The position numbers and the translations under genes were made by a program. The notes below the pieces were generated by a model. That model did not search any database, was not told where the DNA came from, and was given only the letters and a program-made list of their open reading frames with translations. 40,178 nucleotides of DNA, taken from positions 1 through 40,178 of the forward strand of contig JBPGPT010000062.1 of the NCBI GenBank assembly GCA_051047955.1, in the 5' to 3' direction. Origin of the DNA: Cystobasidiomycetes sp. EMM_F5. Taxonomy: Eukaryota. Within the stretch, counting starts at the first letter, position 1. Each line of letters begins with the position of its first letter. Positions 23,951 through 35,942 of this stretch are shown in pieces.

Positions 23951-24925
23951 GGTAGGCAATGTCGTGGATGCAATGGCCGCGTATCAAAACATCGAAATAT
24001 ACATTGCGGAGAATGCTAAATCACAATACGGAAATTGAACATGCCCGCGCAAACCGGCTAACGGACTGTGCTTCTGCAGCGCGCAAACGCTAATCCAGTG
24101 CTGACGGCCCTGCGTTGCCTCTGCCCAAAAGAGCATAGAGTTTCCGCAGTGCGTATGCTATACTCGGTCTGGCGCTGGGAGTCGAGACAGCACAGAACCT
24201 CAGAAGCGTGGTAATGTCGTCATCCCTCGGCCGGCGTAGCTGATATACAGATCAGCGTCATGTCCGCTCTGCGGCCTTACCGAGTAACAACGCAGCACGA
24301 ACCTGCAACAGAGTGTCTGCCACACACCACACGTCAGCCTTGAAAGGACACCAGGGTGCCGACGCATCAGCGAGTTCGGGAAGTCGCGCATTCACAGCAA
24401 GAAAAGGCCGAGCAACGGTGCGAAGTCGGGCTGACCGGTGGATCTGGGCCTGTATTTTGTCCAAGTATCAGCCATCTTTCCGAATCACACGACATTTACC
24501 CGCGGCGTACACCTCGCCAGTCAATGACGCTGATCCGGCTACGATGGCTGTCCCACAGGATATTACTAGCCGATCTGCAAAACCGAATCAGTACAATGTC
24601 TTCAAGTCAGTACAGGCATTGACACACAGATCGAGATGTGTGATTGACCATCGGTGAAAGCAGTCAACGGCCTTCAGTATCATCAGGATGATGAAGTTCC
24701 GCTCGGTCTAGTGGATGCACATACTTCAAATACTTGCAGGACGAAGAAACGCCAGACTGTCTCGTCTACGTTGTTCCAGTCATACTCATAAGCGCAATGC
24801 CCTCCGTCGACTTGTATGACAAATGTCACCGAAATGCCATCGAGACATGCTTGCATGATGCGTTGTATTTCTGCTCGGGACGAACATCAACGAGGGAAAA
24901 TGGAAGCGAAAGGCCGAATGCTTGC

Positions 24926-25318
24926 CTATAACACGATTGCATGGATCATCCAGTAATACCCTGTGATGCAAGATCTGAAGGGCCACCAGCTCCTCGCTCG
25001 GACCGTCGAACGTAGGCAGAGCTCGAATGTACACGATTTTCCCAGACACTCTGCATCTCCCCTTTCGAACACGGTCGAGCTGACAATAGCGCAAACGAGT
25101 TGCATTAGACGTTGTCCGAATTGCAGAGATATCGAACCGCTCTGTACCGGACTGAAGTATGCGCTATGATCCATGGATGCTTCGATGTCGTAGCCGTTCA
25201 GATAGAGAATGTCACTGAAAGTAGCCCATTCGAAGTCGTTTGCAGTAGATGTACCAGTAGTCTGTGAAAAGGATAAGAGCAGGGTAAAAAAGAGAGGTTG
25301 CGCTCGTATGACTGACAA
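24926..25318 (-). other. Possible lineage-specific small secreted Cys-containing protein (model incomplete)
   Basis: The ORF begins with a signal-peptide-like hydrophobic stretch (PLFFTLLLSFSQT) and has 5 Cys. It has no in-frame ATG without an upstream intron and no recognisable family. Confidence 0.25.
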
Positions 25319-25786
25319 GGCTATTGCCGGTGCTTATGCAGCTCTCGACATAGGATTCCGAGCTTGCGCATTTGGTCCGCAACGGCAACAAGCTATCCGA
25401 CTCTCGCAGCCATCCCATCAACGACGGGTATTCCTGAACCATGACTTGGGTCTGTCTCGATCCCGTCAAACTTCCCGAAAACTACCGAACGCCGCGGTAC
25501 GATCTTTGCACGTCCATTGGATCCAATCACCGCATCTCCCACGGTGCCCTGTCTGAGTTGCTGTCCTTGAGAGCTGGTCATTTGCTTTGAAGAAAGAAAC
25601 AACAAGTGAAGAGACGCGATCGAGGTCACGTGATCGTTACAACCAATACGATATTGAGCTGAAATATTGGGTGGAGACGTGAGCTAGTCAGCTGGAACCC
25701 TTGAGAATCGCACCGCAGATCTCCGGCCACTGAGGAGGCTAGCAGAATGCATTGACGGGGAGCCGTAAGTCAGCATACACAGCACA

Positions 25787-26768
25787 TTATGCTTCCAAGG
25801 CCTCTATTATATCCTTCTCCAACGTCTCAGGGGTGGCCCTCGATGAGTACCGCTGAATGACCGCTCCGTCCTTTGAGACCAGGAACTTCTCCTGTGGAAA
25901 CAGTGCATACAATTGTCAATCAGAAGCGCGCCGGCCATCACGCGCCCGCAAGCTCACGAAATTCCATTTGATAAGGCTCAAACCAAATAGCCCTCCCTTT
26001 TCGCTCTGAGATGAACCATCTCTCAGCTTGCCTCATACCACTTGTTAAACGGAATGGTCAACTCACCTTGAGGAAATTATATAAAGGCGTAGCATTTTTG
26101 CCATTCACGTCATTTCGCTTCAAGATAGGGAATGTGACATTGTACGACGCTGAGCAGAATTTGGCAATCTCTGCACGGAGAGGAGGAAAACGTTTCAGGC
26201 GGATGAGAATCACTTTGTCGACGATAGTTTCGACCAACCGTCGTCATTTCCTGGTTCCTTTTGGATACCGAGAGTCAGTGGTATCAGCCAGCAGCTTTGG
26301 CAAAGGGCAAAGGTTGTATGACGGTGGCTCACCTGATACCCGAACTGGTTGCATGGCTGCCCGACGATCACGAACCCTTGATCCTTGTGCGCTTGGTACA
26401 GGGCCTCAAGACCGGCTGGGCATGTTCCAACGTTAGGAGACGGCCTGTTGCTGCGCAGCCAACCCACCGTATTGTCCGGTAAACCCGCACTTTTACCAAT
26501 TTCTCCGTCAGTTGTTGTTATCAGATAGCGCAGCGTCTGGTCCTGCCTGTACGCTCACCTTTGACGCGACATTTACGACGAGCACGACTTTTCCCTTCAG
26601 GTCTGCCATGGCCATCGTCTTGCCGCCTGGCATATCTGCTGAAATATCGTAGAATCCTGGATTGGACGTCATTGTGGTCAGGGAACGAGTAACTAAAGAG
26701 AGCTGCTTTTGGATGCGGAAGGAAATCAGTGGGTTGAGCGGAGCGCGACAGAGACTGCGGACGCGCAT
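25787..26768 (-). CDS. HYR1: Cys-type glutathione/thioredoxin peroxidase (GPX/Hyr1 family); 7 exons; second ATG at 26672
   Basis: Spliced [28 protein letters not shown]...[22 protein letters not shown]...VTFPI...DVNG...[27 protein letters not shown]...IQRY*. The catalytic codon is TGC (Cys), not TGA. Confidence 0.92.
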
Positions 26769-27029
26769 GCACAGGTTGGGGTTGACGCTGTGCTGAGGTG
26801 AGCGACCTTGGTAATCAGGTGTGCATGTCGTACGATTCAAAAACAGGCAGCCAATACCTCAAAGAACAATACAGACGACGATAACGAGTATTACAGCAAT
26901 GCTCATGCTTGCCGCTCTATTCTACAGAGAAATTTGCGACTGAATCTACCGGTGCGGGGGGTGTGCTACAATACACGTCGGTTGGGTAATGACTTTGCAA
27001 GAGCCTGTGAGGCTATGTTTGCTATTGCT

Positions 27030-30000
27030 CTATTCCGACGAACTCTCTGGAACGGCTCCAGCCTCGACTTGGGAAATAACGGGGAGTTCAGCGCTCAGCT
27101 TCCCAATCGCATGATCCTTGAAGACTGTCGCGGTCATCGACAATAAGTATTGTGGGCACCAGCTATTAGGCATCGACAACTCACCTTCTTGCAACACATC
27201 GCGGACCGTATCTACGTAGACTAATTCCACGCCTTCCTTCACCGATGACGGCACATTGTGCTCGACCTGTAAAAGATCGCGTCCGGTCAGTTCAAGCTGT
27301 CGTATTGACTTCCATCAACGCTCACATCGGCTCGACATGCAGCTGGTAGGAGAATCTTCTTCATACCTGCTCGGTGCGCAGCAAGGATTTTTTCCTGAAC
27401 ATTTTGACCACAAGAAAAGGTCAGAAATCAGACTGCGATCGGCTAGTGTCAAGACTTTTACCTTGAGGCCGCCGACGGCTAGTACACTCCCAGCTAAAGT
27501 GATCTCGCCAGTAAGAGCTATGTCGGAGGGTATGCCTTGTTTAGCGAATAGCGAAACTAGACTGGTCAGGATTGCTGTCCCTGCAGAAGGACCTCTGTTC
27601 ATCCAGAATGCATCATGATCAGCTGCGTCATTCTTTCATGACACGTCAGAGGACGCACTCTTTTCCAATGCCCCCCTCAGGCATGTGTAAGTGGAGCGCC
27701 TTCTTTTCCAATATATCCTCTTCCGCAGTCTTTGTCAACTGCAAGGTGTATGCATGCGCCTTGACGAAACTCAACGCAATTTGAGCGCTCTCACGGATGA
27801 CTTCTCCCAACTTTCCAGTCAACTGAATACCGGAACCTGGCATGGTCTTCGCTTCAATGGGCATGACCTACGAGGTAAGGCATCTATCAGTAAGCACGTC
27901 GGATGGTGATCACATTGCTACTTACACTGCCCGCTCCGTTGCCCAGGTAGCCCAGTCCACAACTGACGCCGGGCGGTCCCATCTTAGTATAAATCCTTTC
28001 TCGTTGGTATATGGGCGGTCCAACGTAGTCGATTAGACTGTCGCTACCGATGGTGACCTGCACGCTAGCCGGAATGTCCATAGGTTTGCGCACTGCAGTT
28101 GTAGTGCTGCGCTCTGATCCTGCTTTGGCCTCCTCTGTCGCAGCTGCAGGCGATGGTGGAGTTCCAGTAATCTTCTCAACATTTTCGTGAACGACTGCGG
28201 ACGTATCGCTCGGCGGCGGCTCGACGACCGCTGCGGCCTCTGGCAGCTTATCTTCACCAAGGTCTCGTACAATCTTCAATGCAGCTTTGCGGTATATCTA
28301 CATCGTGAAAAAAGAATGTCCGGTGTCAGCCAGTAGTTTAACGAATACCAACCTTCTTGCCTTTTCTATCAACTGCTTCAGTCTCCTGACGCCAGACTCT
28401 CGGGCATAATAGCGGATCAGAGTTTCGATTGCGCCGGGCGTTAGGTTTATATTTGCTGTCTTAAGACCAGACCCTTCCTTGGCTTGCGGCGACAAGTATT
28501 TCGAGGCGATGGCAACCTTTTCGTCTGAGACATATCCAGACACTTCCATGACTTCCATGCGATCAAGAAGCGGAGCGGGTATCGTGTCCAGCGTGTTTGC
28601 CGTACACACGAAGAGCACTCGCGATAAATCGACCGGCACATCGCAGTAGTGATCCAAGAATGCAACGTTTTGTTCGGGATCAAGCATCTCCAGCAGTGCG
28701 CTTGCAGGGTCTCCGTTGATGCCTCGACCGATTTTGTCCACCTCATCGATCAGAATCAAAGGATTTTCGGTCTGTACTTTCTTGAGTGCTTGGATAATCT
28801 TCCCTGGCATGGCGCCAACGCTAGGGGGGCTAGAGTCAGTTTGTTCATCGCCACATGCCATTGTAAACTTACTATGTCCTGCGATGTCCCTTGATCTCCG
28901 CGACATCGGTCAAACCACCAACAGAGAAGCGGAAGAATTGACGATTCAGTGCTCTCGCAATCGACTTGCCAATGGATGTCTTGCCGACACCGGGCGGTCC
29001 GACAAAGCACAAGATCTTGCCTTCGACTGTACCTCGCAATTTGCCCACCGCTAGGAATTCCAAAATGCGATCTTTGACATCCTTCAATCCATAGTGATCC
29101 TCGTCAAGCACCTTGACTGCATGGGGAATGTCGAAGTTTTCCTCTGAATGGCGACCCCAGGGGATCTGCGTGAGCCAGTCCAAATAGTTGCGCGTGACAT
29201 TAAATTCCGAGGCGGCTGGCTCGAGATGCTGAAGTTTGGAGATTTCCTCGTCAAAGACCTTTTTAACGGTTTCTGGCATATTCAGAGACTCTGCCTTCTC
29301 CTTAAACTTCTCTACCAGCTTATCCTTTCCATCACTCTCCAGACCTAGTTCTTTCTTGATTCCCTTTAGTTGCTCCATGAGGAAATACTCTCTTTGTCGC
29401 TTCTGAATTTTTCCTTCGACATCGCGTGAGATCTTGTTCTGTAACTGCGCATTAAGCAGTTCTTTCTTCAAGACCAGCAACGCCTTCTGTAAACGGTCCT
29501 CAATCGTGTTGCTTTTCAAGACTGCTTGGAGCTCTTCAATCTCCCCGCTCGACACAGCCGCTGCAAAGTCGGCCAACTTTTCTGGCTCATCAAATACATT
29601 GCCGGCACCAGATTGGAGAGAAAAGTTCGCTATCTGATCACGGAACAGAGGGTTGAGACCGGCAATGTCTTTGAAGACGCTGATAATTTCGCTCGTCACC
29701 GCTCGCACTACTTGAGAACTTTTCTTGTATGGCTGAAGGGCGATGTTCTCCACGTTTACAAGGGATACCGCGAAGTCTTGCAAAAAGGATGTCTGGAAGG
29801 GCGGAGCAGTCGAGGCGGGTGCAGGAGTGCTCTCTGGTGTAGGCGAATTGCTGTCATTGCTTTCAATCTCGTCAACTGCAGGAGCGACACTGGCCTCGCT
29901 GTTGTGCGAGGGGGCTGATGTGCTGACTGGAGAGGGTGCTTCCTCTAACGACTTCGTATCCATGGCCGGGGCACCAGGGCTAGACGTACTGGCTGCTGGA

Positions 30001-31151
30001 GGCAAGACGCCGTCGGCTTCAGCATTCTGTATGATGGCATGTATTGGGGCTGCGCCGTCTCTTGGTGGCAGGAGATCCGTGATGCGTATACGACGATGTG
30101 GATAGAGCACGGCAGTCAGACCCTCTGGCTCGTCTTTGCCTCCGCTCTGAGCGGGGAACGTGGAGGTGATTTGCGCAAAAACTCCGACGGGATGGACTGT
30201 ATTTAGATCTGTGATTGTGTCGGCATCCGCATCTTCGTCACGTAGCAGGAATGCCCCAAGGTACGGCTGGCCTCGTCGCATCATTTCCTTTATGGCTGCG
30301 ACTACCGCTGGATTGCGCACCACCACAGCCTTGTAGAAGCCTGGAAAGAGTGGCCTCCTTGTGATGGGCAGAGCGAGGACCTGAGGATACACTTCGGGAA
30401 CTGTAGGTTTGGATATCTGTGTGGATGGATTAGAATTCGGCGACGAGGGGGATGAAGACGGGGGAGACGACGACGATGAGGAAGAAGAGGAGGAGGATGA
30501 TGATGAGCTGGACGAGCCGCTGCTACTGCTCCCGCTGCCAGAGTCACTACTGCCCGACGAGGAAGACGGTGGCGACATTGCTGACGACGAGCTTTGAATA
30601 CTGGCCGAGCTTGACGGAGAAGCCTGCAGCGGCGTCGAGGAGATATCAGCAGCCCCACCCGGATGCGACTGTGGATCTGCCTGCCCCGTCAGCGTTGAAG
30701 CCTGCGAAGCTTGGCCGTTCTCCTGGATCGGAGGTGCAGCTTTTCCTGCATCTGACGATAACCGGCTGCCATTTGACGGGGAAACTTCTCCGGCCGCCTC
30801 GTTGGTGCCAGTGCTTGATTCCTGGCCATCTTGCGCAGCTTCAATATCCTCTGGCTCGCTGCGATTCTTTTCATTTCCGTCAGCTTCGTCACCGTCCGAT
30901 TTCCTGTTGATCCAGCGAGGATAGCCCGTTCTGAGGCTCGTATGGAGCTGTGCCCGCCCAAGGATGTGCTCGAGGTCGCCGCTGCCCGCCGTCGATGCCA
31001 GCTTTCCGTATTTTATTGCGCCCGATGACGACGACGACGACGAAGATGATATCGCTGCATTTCCCGCTCTCGCTGCTGCATTTCCACCGCTAGCCCGCCC
31101 AAGTCTCTGCGCGGCTTTCGCCAGTCTGTGCTGCGCTGGCCGTGTGAGCAT
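27030..31151 (-). CDS. PIM1: Mitochondrial Lon ATP-dependent protease; about 8 exons
   Basis: Arg-rich presequence; LON N-domain ([14 protein letters not shown]); Walker A GPPGVGKT, Walker [23 protein letters not shown]; protease [17 protein letters not shown] and [12 protein letters not shown] (Ser-Lys dyad). Confidence 0.96.
30462..30568 (-). repeat. Poly-Ser low-complexity coding tract in the Lon N-terminal extension (second short tract 31024-31050)
   Basis: Encodes [33 protein letters not shown] using mixed codons. Confidence 0.8.
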
Positions 31152-31439
31152 TATTTGCCTTACGTCGTCCGGTTGGCAGAAAGATATCCAACAAAATCTC
31201 AAGAAATGGCAACAGCAACGGCGACGAGCAGGCATAGCAAGGCTTTCTTAGTCGTAATAATCTCCCAGGGAGACAGAAATATATCAAAGATCCCTCGAGA
31301 ATCAAGCTTGTCTGCGCTGAATCAGCATCGAATAGATAGAAGATATACTTTGATAGTAGACAACATGGCAGGGAACGGCTTCTTTGGCCCAGAAGAATAT
31401 CGATAGTGGTACACAACGCAAGCAACTGCATCCCGCTCA

Positions 31440-32350
31440 TTACGCAGCTTTGGATTGTCTGGCAGCGGCTCGCTCTTCGACGTCGAGTTCGGCAATCTGG
31501 ATGGCCGCCTTGCCCAGCTGCACGACATTGATGATTTGCTTGATGAGCATGCCAGGAGCAGTCGCAACCGCCAGCAGCTGTGGCCACGTGATGGTGTAGA
31601 CGAGGCGGACAATGTCTTTCGGCAGCACTTCCACCAAAGCTGCCGGGAGGATCCTTCCGAGTCCAAACGGGACGGTGTAGTAGGCCGCGAGGTACAAGCT
31701 CACAAAGAAGGCTTCGTTGGCTGCACACAAGCTCACGAGAACATGCCGGTTCGTGTAGTAGAGGTTGAGGATGCGCGACCTGCTCTTCGAGACGGCCTTG
31801 TGCGATTTCTGGCCGGTACTGAGCGAAGCAATGGTGTGAAAGTAGTGCGACGACCAATCTGACGCAATCAGAGCTTGAAAGATGAGCTGCGCGCGTGGGT
31901 AGGTCATGCAGAGGTAGCAGCAGAGCGCCGTTGTTGCGACCCTGTCCGAAAGAGAAAGAGACATGGTCAGTCGCAGCCGCCCCGCCAGAGCGACTCCACG
32001 CCAAAGCCCACCGGTCGACGCAGAGATCCAGCGCAGCACCCAGGCGAGATGTTTCGTTTCTTCTGCGAGCGAGAAAGCCGTCTGCCATGTCGAGCATTGA
32101 AGATACAAAGTAGCACGTCGCAGAGTACCGCGGGTGCCGGGACATTGCCTCGAGCGAGACGGCGAGCAGTATGATCCGAACGTATCCGATAATGTTCTGA
32201 ATCATTGACCTCGTCTTCAGCTTTCTGGGCAGCTTGCATTGCATTGCCTTGCCCGCTCACCGGCACAAACAGAAATATCGTCGCAACATCTTCAGCTTTC
32301 CTCGACGACGACGGCGACGTCTTTGCTAGGCTCTGCAGCGGCTGCGACAT
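31440..32350 (-). CDS. PIS1: Phosphatidylinositol synthase (CDP-diacylglycerol--inositol 3-phosphatidyltransferase); 3 exons
   Basis: Spliced IFLFVP/NIIGYVRIIL...LDMADGFLARRRNETSRLGAALDLCVDR/VATTALCCYL...SHYFH...GQKSHK...ILNLYY...LCAANEAFF...KQIINVVQL. Contains the CDP-alcohol phosphotransferase motif. Confidence 0.92.
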
Positions 32351-32715
32351 GGCTTGCTTTCTCAGAATTGCCCCGAGTTGGTTTGCGGAAAAGGCATATG
32401 GTTGATAGCGGCACTCGGGTAAGAAAGCAAAAAGAAATACAGAGCAAGCTTCGTATTCGTCTGCACAAGAGTAAAAGAAACGGCTTGCGAATGGTGTTCT
32501 GATATCATCGGCCTGTTCGTTTATTCGAACGTATGGTACATTCTGCAAAGTCACCGACATCATCGGCGTCGCTCACAAACGAGGCTGCCTCTTCCATCAT
32601 ATAGAGCGCCGTTCCCGTTGCACTGCAACATGTCCATTCGGACCGCAATCTATACCGCCCGTTTGCGTCCCGCGTTGGTCTGCATTGTCCCGCACTAAAC
32701 AGCGTCGGCGCTGAT

Positions 32716-33830
32716 CTAGGCGGCGTACTGATAACACCCATACGTCACTACTTGTACCAGCAGCTCGTCGAAATTGCACCCACCTTTTTCGTCTGCTCCA
32801 ACGCTTCCTTCTTGAACCCAGCATTGTCCGTTCGGTACTGCTCAGCAATAGCTGGGATGAGCGGATCGTCTGGATTTGGCTCGAGGAGCAATTGATGGAG
32901 TCCTCGAAGAACTGTGGGAAAGTCGTCGATAACAGGGAAGGAGTATGAATAGCTTAGCCCCTGCAATGCTCTTCCACTGCCATGGATGGCCCTGCGCGGT
33001 GACATACTGTTTTCCGTTCTGCGCAGCGTGAGCCGTCAGCGTGTACAGTACGTTCGAGTTGTGAGATGGGTCAATCTACCTAGTGCTCGGTTTCCATTGG
33101 TCTGCTTTCAGTATACCCATGCAAATGTTGCCTTCTTCCGTGATGTTCTGAGATCCAATTGATAAGACTATGTGCGCTTTGGCTTTGACCGCACGGAATG
33201 CAATGACATACTGGATGATATATACGCGTTCGCTTCAAACACAAGAGTCAGCATACTGCTTAGTGCCAGGCAAGCAGGTAAGTGCGACGTACAAATTTCA
33301 CCTGCCAACCATGATGGCGAATTTGCAATGTCATTATTTTGAATGGCATTGCGTATATCTATGTTTTTGATGAGGGGATCCGCTTACCTGAGGGGCCTGG
33401 AGTGATAAACACCAGCAATTCGACCCGTCAGAACGAGGAATCCCCATTCGCAGCCGCTACTGACCTTGAAGGGATACTCTTTCGAGAATGTAATCTCTAT
33501 CCGGAAAGTTCCGCCCGAGTAGTAGGGTGCAGGCCCAACGATGGAGCCCGACCAGGCAAAGATGTCGTTTTCGTTTGCTGGACCAGCCGAGCACCCCAGC
33601 TCGCGCAGACTGTCATCTGGCCCACGCGGACGGCGCGGACGGCAGAAAGCATCAGCAAGACCATGCGAAACCATCCCACATTGCGGAATTTCCATTCACT
33701 GTTTTGAATCTCGACGAGCTCCTAGAGGTTCGACGTCAGTTCCCGTTTCGCAGCAAACGATATCCGAAATGCTGCCGTCTGGACAGCTCTCGACAGCGCT
33801 GCACACCTTTGCCAGTCGTTTCTGTGCCAT
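32716..33830 (-). CDS. Ubiquitin-conjugating enzyme E2 (Ubc4/UBE2L3-related); 10 exons
   Basis: Spliced MAQKRLAK/ELVEIQN/NDSLRELGCSAGP...GGTFRIEITFSKEYPFK/APQ/VKF/RTRIYHP/NITEEGNICMGILKADQWKPSTR/TENI/LRGLHQLLLEPNPDDPL...EQTKK/YAA*. The HPN motif and catalytic Cys are present. Confidence 0.9.
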
Positions 33831-34021
33831 CTCGTTGCAGGGTGATGACCTGACTTGGTTGGAACGGATCAGACTCGAGGCAATCTGGCAGACGACGAGC
33901 AATATGCAGGCTTATCAAAACACAACGAGAGGCTGGGTGAAATCATTTGCGCAGCAACTGCGAGTAGCATACAACGAAGAGAATCGACGCAGGCTAGCTT
34001 CAGATGGCTGTAGCGTGGTCC

Positions 34022-34606
34022 TCAGATGAAGAGCCTTTCAACTTGGTCCTTGAGCTTCTGAATCTGGGACTGGAGCTCGCGGGACTCGTTGGTGGTGATG
34101 CTGTGAAAGAGACGGCGCGTCAGAAGGATTGTCCTATCAACTCATTGACATACGCAAGCCAACTCACGCGCACGCAATAACAGGCCGGCTGACACCGCAG
34201 GCTCGTCCGAGCGCAGCTTTCGACGGGACAAAGACGTAGGGGACGTTCTTGTCCTCGCAGAGAAGAGGCAGATGGAGCAGAATCTCGATGGGGTTGGTGT
34301 CTGCTGTGAGAATGATAATTTCTGCAATTCCCTGTAGAAATCGACGGCGAAAGTGACGCTAAATCAGCGGGATGACTTATATTTCGACCAGGCATTCCAC
34401 CCCCACATACCCTGTTGAGCGCCTTTGTGCTCTCGTTGGCTCCGCTGCGTCTGCTCTTGTAATTTGTAGCTTGTCTGAATAACACTGTCAGCGCTGGAGA
34501 TTTGCGGGAAACAAAGCGCGATTCCTCACTGGACGAGGTCTAGCAGGCTGTTGGTCGTGTTGGCGTCGGCCAGAGGGAAAGCCTTTGGGTTTTGTTCGGA
34601 AGCCAT
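34022..34606 (-). CDS. SNU13: L7Ae-family K-turn binding protein Snu13/15.5K; 4 exons
   Basis: Spliced [127 protein letters not shown]. Confidence 0.93.
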
Positions 34607-35275
34607 GGCTGGTTGATGCTGAGAATGTCCAGGAAAACGAGGCGATTATACGACGGCGAGAGCTCACGGCTGAGGCAGCAGTAGCTTCCAACTCAATGGC
34701 ACTGGCTGGGCTCAGGATCCTCGCTCAAGAGAAAACGGCTTGTTGGCTGGGTTGGGCTAAGCGGAACCGGAGACAACGTGAAAAATTTGTACACATGGCC
34801 ATCGCGAAGATTGCTTTTTAGCGAAAGCAGTATCTGTCTTACCCCAGCTGAGCCTGTCACTATGCCAACAAAGGGCCGCCTGGATGCAGCACCACTTGAG
34901 CGAATCCAGTTCTATCAGTTTGACAATTTCGCCTGCCCAGAGATGTGTGCGATAGCTAGTCGTTTTGCTGAATCCAACACGTACTGTGTGAATGTCCATA
35001 GGCATGACGGGATGACGACCCGGTAATTTGGTGACTGCTTCAGCTGGCCCGCACTGAAGTTCACCAAGCATCGTCGGAGTGCCAGAAGTGTCGTGTGGAT
35101 TCATTGTACCTGCACGGAGGTGTAGCAGAAGGGAGCTCAATGCGTATGCGAGCTTCCTGTCCATATCAACGTGTCGATTGTTCTGCGGCATTGGCGCGAT
35201 GACCATCTCCATCCCGACCAAGCATTTCATCAAGTTTGTCGATATTGTCGATTACGTCTGACGTGAGCGCTTGTT

Positions 35276-35789
35276 TCAAGTCATGCCGACTTCCACATCT
35301 CCGTCTCTCTGACCGATATCCTGCAAACCGACGACCGGTTGCCCTGCCGCAATTGCGACTTTGCGGTCCTCTATGCGTTCAGGATCGAATGCCTCGATAG
35401 TCTGGACGACGAGTTGTACATCGCTTAGGAGATGGTCGAGGGCTACTCTAGCTTGTCGAACAGACACGGCGGTGATTGTGCTTGTAGGCAGCAAGAGCGT
35501 GCGCGCGGCGAGTCAGATGCTGTATGTCGTTCGCCGTGCTTCACAGCTCACACGACCAAATCTTCCCCGTCCGTCACGAGGCTTCGACTGACAGTATCGC
35601 TGCGCAGAATCTTGTCGACCTGGATGACTTGCAACGCCAATTGTGCGTGTTGTGGGCTGCCAAACGGAATACGGACCGAGCTGAATGTAGCATGAGCTGG
35701 CGCTTCCGAGGATCAGTTTAGCGATAGCTTCGCTCTCACACAGCGTGTCTTGTAACGTCAGCACTGCTGTTTGCAGCTTCCGTTTGCAT
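35276..35789 (-). CDS. PCC1: KEOPS/EKC complex subunit Pcc1 (CTAG/Pcc1 family); 3 exons
   Basis: Spliced MQTEAANSSADVTRHAV/SVRIPFGSPQHAQLALQVIQVDKILRSDTVSRSLVTDGEDLVV/TITAVSVRQARVALDHLLSDVQLVVQTIEAF. The IPF...A..A...VD..L pattern and C-terminal helix fit Pcc1. Confidence 0.8.
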
Positions 35790-35942
35790 GTTTCCTTATC
35801 CGAGTTGGAGCAGAAGAGACCTTGACAACCTCGAACTTTTGCGACTTCACCGTTGCGACGATTCGACAACAACGCGAGATATATATATTGACATCTGAAT
35901 ACTAATAACCCAGCGGCAGTGCCCTCGTAAAGCCCGCCCGCG
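35790..35942. promoter_or_regulatory. Probable bidirectional promoter between PCC1 and shugoshin (153 bp) with a TA-repeat/TATA-like element
   Basis: Head-to-head ATGs at 35789 (-) and 35943 (+); atatatatatt at about 35879-35889. Confidence 0.5.

Noticed and set aside
26468..26489. Possible selenocysteine in GPX
   Set aside because: The catalytic codon in the 22-nt exon is TGC (Cys); there is no in-frame TGA.
27586..27680. Lon active-site KEGPSAG instead of KDGPSAG
   Set aside because: This is a conservative change that I recall from other basidiomycete Lon proteins; the catalytic Ser and Lys are intact.
8957..35789. QTRT2, PCC1 and SNU13 as an RNA-modification cluster
   Set aside because: They are widely separated and act in unrelated complexes.
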